From positions 1 to 15,939 of the IMG/VR virus record IMGVR_UViG_3300037313_000747: a stretch of DNA of 15,939 nucleotides; one strand, 5' to 3'. This DNA is from a virus. Position 1 is the first letter of the stretch. Each line of letters starts with the position of its first letter. The notes under the pieces are model-generated. The model was not told where the DNA came from and did no database searches. It was given only the letters and a program-made list of their open reading frames with translations. Below, piece after piece: positions 12,469-15,939 of this stretch. Position numbers and translations under genes: made by a program.

Positions 12469-13521
12469 GTGGGTCTATTCACCGCTCTCCGGATGCGCCG
12501 GCAGCTCGCCGAGGTACAGGCATCGTTCCCGCCGCTCGATCCGTCCTCCTACCCGATCGCGACCCCCTGGGGCAGCTCGGACCTGAGCCGCTGGGTCTGG
12601 TCGGACATCCTCGGTGCCGACGTGCCGAGCAACAGCCGCGCCGCCGCGATGCGGCTGCCGGCGCTGGCGCGCGGCCGGAACCTGATCGTGTCGTCCATCG
12701 CCGGCCAGCCGATGCGGCTGCTCACCGGCGAGACGGTCGAGGCCGAGCAGCCCTCATGGTTGACGCAGACCGGCGACGGCTCCAGCCCGCAGATCCGCAA
12801 CGGCTGGACCGTCGACGACCTGATCTTCTACGGCTGGTCGTGCTGGTCGCGGCACTTCGACGGCGACGAGTGGGTCGCCGCGTCGCGGATCAACTATGGC
12901 GACTGGGTCATCAACGCCGACATGCAAGTCGAGGTCAACGGCGTGCCGGTCGACCCGGAGTCCGTCGTCGTGATCCCCGGTCTGCATGAGGGCATCCTCA
13001 CGTTCGGCGCGGAGACGATCGACGACGTCCGCACCCTGTACCGCAACGTCCGCGCCCGGCTGCTGAACCCGGTTCCGGGAATCGACCTGCACCAGACCGG
13101 CGGCGACCAGCTCACCGACCCCGAGATTGACGCACTGATCGCCCGGTGGGCGGCAGCCCGGCAGGGCACCAACGCCGGCGTCTCCTACACCAACGAAGTG
13201 ATCGAGGCCAAGCCGCTGACCGGCGGCGACGAACAACTCATGATCGAGGCGCGCAACGCAGCCGCGGTCGACCTGGCCCGACTCATCGGCGTGCACGCCG
13301 GCATCGTCGACGCGACCGCCCCGAAGGCGTCGCTGAACTACGAGACCACGACCGGGCGCAACCAAGAGTTCGTGGACTTCGACCTGGCGCTCTACATGAC
13401 GCCGATCACCGCGCGCCTGTCCCTCGACGACTGCACCGAGCCCGGCCAGCGCGTCGACTTCGACCTGTCCAACCTGACCGCGCCGGCACCCTCGCCGACC
13501 GGCCCGAATCTGGAGGACTGA
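12469..13521 (+). CDS. Portal protein (350 aa)
   Basis: Position after terL and before the protease-capsid gene. Size and composition fit small HK97-type portals. GTG start with GAAGG at 12456-12460. The start codon is uncertain (ATG 12493 is an alternative). Confidence 0.75.
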   Translation: MGLFTALRMRRQLAEVQASFPPLDPSSYPIATPWGSSDLSRWVWSDILGADVPSNSRAAAMRLPALARGRNLIVSSIAGQPMRLLTGETVEAEQPSWLTQTGDGSSPQIRNGWTVDDLIFYGWSCWSRHFDGDEWVAASRINYGDWVINADMQVEVNGVPVDPESVVVIPGLHEGILTFGAETIDDVRTLYRNVRARLLNPVPGIDLHQTGGDQLTDPEIDALIARWAAARQGTNAGVSYTNEVIEAKPLTGGDEQLMIEARNAAAVDLARLIGVHAGIVDATAPKASLNYETTTGRNQEFVDFDLALYMTPITARLSLDDCTEPGQRVDFDLSNLTAPAPSPTGPNLED

Positions 13522-13525
13522 CCCG

Positions 13526-15166
13526 GTGCGCCTCAACCTGACCGCCAGCAACGTCCGCGTCGACACCGCACGGCGAACCATTTTCGGAACCCTGTTCCGC
13601 TACGGCGAGGCCGGCCACACCGACGCCGGTGTCCTGGCCGTCGACGACCCCGGCGCGATCATCGTCCCCGCCGACGCCTCCGAGGTCACCCTCGTCCGCG
13701 AGCACGACCAGACCGCGGTACGCGGCCGGCTGGCGATGTGGGACGACAACGGCGAGCGCGTCTATGTCGCGATCCGCGTCGACGACGGCCCCGACGGAGA
13801 TGCCGCGCTGGCCGAGGCTGCCAGCCGCAAGCGCGCCGGCCTCTCGTTCGGACTGCGCGACGCCGACGTCGTCGACCCGCCCGCCGGCGACCGCCGCGGC
13901 CTCGACGGCGTCATCGTGCGCGCCCACCTGGGCCACATCGGACAGGTTGCCGACCCCGCTTTCAACTCAGCCCGCGTCGACCAGATCGCGGCATCAAGGA
14001 CCGCCGGTGCGAGCCGGACGAACACAGAAGGAGACAACATGACCCCGGAGCAGCGGGCACGGCTCGCCGAGCTGATCGCCCAGCAGAACCTGACCGACGA
14101 GGAGCGCACCGAGCTGGACCAGCTCACCGCGCTTGCCGTGACCGAGGCGACCGCGACCGAGGAGGAGCCGCCCGCCGAGGAGGACCAGCCGCCGGCCGAC
14201 CAGCCGGCCTCCCAGCAGGTCGCCGCGGCCCGGCGTACGCCGGCCGTACCGCGTGGCGTGCCGGCCCCGCGGGTCGAGGTCCGCGACCGTCGCGAGGGCA
14301 GTGCCCTGCGGCGCATGTACGCCGATCTGACCGCCGCGCTCCAGCCGGACCGGCGCAACCTCTCCGCGGTGACCGCGGCGCTGTCCGACGTCACCAACAC
14401 CGCCAACCCGGCGGTCGAGGCCCCGGCCTGGTCCGGTGAGCTGTGGTCCGGGCTCCAGTACCAGCCGAAGTGGACCGGCCTGTTCACCCCCGGCACGCTG
14501 ACGAGCTGGGAAGGGTCCGGCTGGCGCTGGACCACCAAGCCGGCCATGGCCGACTACGCCGGCGACAAGGCCGCGATTCCGTCGGCCGCGATCGCGACCG
14601 AGCCGTCGACGTACGAGGCCGCGCGCATGGCTTGCGGTCACGACATCGACCGGAAATTCTACGACTTCCCGAACCAGGAGTTCCTGGCCTCCTACGCCGA
14701 GGCGGCGCGCGAGGACTGGGCGGTCAAGCTCGACGAGAAGGTCCGCGCCTACGTGCTCGCGCAGGCGGTCGCCTTCCCGACCGTCGACCCCGACACCAAC
14801 TCGCTCCTCAAGGCGGCGGCGCTGGCGGCGTTCGGCGTCGAGGACAACACGAAGGCGAAGGCGACCTTCCTCGCGGTCAACCGGACCGACTTCCTCGGTC
14901 TGCTCGACATGACCAACGATCAGGCTCCGGCCTTCCTCGACATGTTCGGGATCAAGCCGGAGAACTTCGTTGTGGACACCACGATCCCCGCCGGGACCGT
15001 GATCGCCGGTGTCCGGCAGGCCGCGACCGTGCGGACCCTGCCCGGCTCGCCGATCCGCGTCGACGCCCAGCACATCGCCAACGGCGGCGTCGACACGGCG
15101 TTTTTCGGTTACTGGGCGATCGAGGAGCACCACACGTCCGGCATCGTCAAGGCCACCTTCGCCTGA
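13526..15166 (+). CDS. Fused prohead protease - scaffold-like linker - HK97-fold major capsid protein (546 aa)
   Basis: GTG 13526 with GGAGGA at 13512-17. The N-terminal ~155 aa carry S78/HK97-protease-like motifs (LVREHD with His60, GLSFG with Ser107, VADPAFNSARV). Residues ~172-260 are helical and acidic (EQRARLAELIAQQNLTDEERTELDQL, EEEPPAEEDQPPADQ). The C-terminal ~285 aa are capsid-like. No stop codon separates the parts. An internal in-frame ATG at 14039 is preceded by GAAGGAG. Confidence 0.8.
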   Translation: MRLNLTASNVRVDTARRTIFGTLFRYGEAGHTDAGVLAVDDPGAIIVPADASEVTLVREHDQTAVRGRLAMWDDNGERVYVAIRVDDGPDGDAALAEAASRKRAGLSFGLRDADVVDPPAGDRRGLDGVIVRAHLGHIGQVADPAFNSARVDQIAASRTAGASRTNTEGDNMTPEQRARLAELIAQQNLTDEERTELDQLTALAVTEATATEEEPPAEEDQPPADQPASQQVAAARRTPAVPRGVPAPRVEVRDRREGSALRRMYADLTAALQPDRRNLSAVTAALSDVTNTANPAVEAPAWSGELWSGLQYQPKWTGLFTPGTLTSWEGSGWRWTTKPAMADYAGDKAAIPSAAIATEPSTYEAARMACGHDIDRKFYDFPNQEFLASYAEAAREDWAVKLDEKVRAYVLAQAVAFPTVDPDTNSLLKAAALAAFGVEDNTKAKATFLAVNRTDFLGLLDMTNDQAPAFLDMFGIKPENFVVDTTIPAGTVIAGVRQAATVRTLPGSPIRVDAQHIANGGVDTAFFGYWAIEEHHTSGIVKATFA

Positions 15167-15534
15167 TGCCTCTCCCCGCCACCGGCCCGGCCTCCAGGAG
15201 CGCTGTCAAGGCGCTCCTGGGGGTCGCGGACGCAGACGTTTCTCAGGACGAGCTGGTCGACCGCTACGTCGCGGTCGCGAACAACATCGTCACTGAGCTG
15301 CCGATCGCGCAGCGTGCCAACACCGACCCGGCCCCGGCCGACTGGTCGGCTCCGGAGTTCGCGCGCATCGTCGAGGGCGCGAACATGCTCGGCGCACGCC
15401 TCTACGTCCGCAAGGACTCAGCCGAAGGCGTCGCCGCGACGGCGGTCGCCGCGGCCGTCTACGTCCAGCGCAACGACCCCGACATCGCGCAGATGCTCCT
15501 GATCGGTGCCTACCAGAAACCGGCCGTGGGATGA
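15166..15534 (+). CDS. Head-to-tail adaptor (gp6-like head-tail connector), 122 aa
   Basis: ATG 15166 overlaps the capsid stop (TGATG), in frame with the tail of track ORF 14443-15534. Position immediately after the capsid gene. LLGV...DELVDRYVAVANNIV... resembles gp6-like connector N-termini. Confidence 0.6.
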   Translation: MPLPATGPASRSAVKALLGVADADVSQDELVDRYVAVANNIVTELPIAQRANTDPAPADWSAPEFARIVEGANMLGARLYVRKDSAEGVAATAVAAAVYVQRNDPDIAQMLLIGAYQKPAVG

Positions 15535-15917
15535 CCACCGTGCAGCTCGACCCGGCCGACCTCGCCGCGCTCCGAACCCTGATCGACGGAGCCGGGGACT
15601 TCACCGTCTCCTACGAACCCGCCGACCTCAAGGTGCTGCCCGGCGTCTGGATCAGGGTCGACGCGATCGACCTGCTGTCCACGCTCGCCGACGGACACAC
15701 ACGGGTTCCGGTGACCCTGCACCTGGTGACCCGCACGAAGCCGATCGAGAAGGCGCTCGGCGACCTGCTGCCGATGCTCGACGCCGTCTGCTCGGTCCTC
15801 ACCCCGGCCGGCGACGTCACGATCACCGGCGTAGTCCTGCCCGGCTCTCAGACCCCCATGCCCGCGCTGGCCGTGCCGTACGAGCTGCGCACGATCCCCA
15901 CGGAGGAAGCACCATGA
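15531..15917 (+). CDS. Second copy (wrap-around) of the neck/tail terminator-like gene 62-448
   Basis: Identical 128-aa translation. It lies within the terminal repeat. Confidence 0.45.
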   Translation: MTTVQLDPADLAALRTLIDGAGDFTVSYEPADLKVLPGVWIRVDAIDLLSTLADGHTRVPVTLHLVTRTKPIEKALGDLLPMLDAVCSVLTPAGDVTITGVVLPGSQTPMPALAVPYELRTIPTEEAP

Positions 15918-15939
15918 CCATCCTGTCCTACAAGCTCGG
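15914..15939 (+). CDS. Major tail protein, 5-prime end only (duplicate of 445-470)
   Basis: Identical to the start of CDS 445-867; truncated by the window end. Confidence 0.6.

Larger units (their letters stand above)
15470..15939. repeat. Terminal direct repeat, copy 2 (identical to 1-470)
   Basis: See copy 1. Confidence 0.97.

Overview
This is high-G+C, actinobacterial-type DNA. Bases 15470-15939 repeat bases 1-470 exactly (offset 15469), so the window reads one 15,469-bp circular or circularly permuted unit slightly more than once. That unit looks like a complete, very compact temperate siphovirus-type phage genome of about 26 genes. One long rightward block runs from about 7505, across the wrap point, to 6043, and most of its genes are translationally coupled. 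It holds early genes (WhiB-like, a 30-codon membrane micro-ORF, an EEP-family phosphoesterase/nuclease, a Zn-ribbon protein, an HTH replication-type protein, HNH). These are followed by terS, terL, portal, a fused protease-scaffold-capsid gene, adaptor, neck and tail genes, a short tape measure, two tail-tip genes and a lysis cassette. A short leftward operon (7459-6219) carries an XRE-type repressor and a tyrosine integrase. The main observations are: (1) A tRNA 3-prime-half mimic (T-arm plus acceptor strand, putative attP core) lies inside the 3-prime end of the repressor gene, directly upstream of int. Both proteins end in Ala-rich ssrA-like tails. This matches the architecture of integration-dependent immunity described for some mycobacteriophages. 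(2) A 15-bp motif TCGC-N7-GCGA with an A-rich spacer occurs twice in the divergent switch region and once 4.9 kb away, just before the portal gene. (3) Three tandem 18-bp palindromes plus a lower-GC inverted repeat sit inside the HTH gene and form a candidate origin. (4) Prohead protease, scaffold-like linker and HK97-type capsid are one reading frame, with a strong internal SD+ATG that could yield a nested capsid product. (5) The early operon encodes an EEP-family enzyme with all catalytic motifs intact. All functional calls rest on motif recognition by eye; no database search was run.
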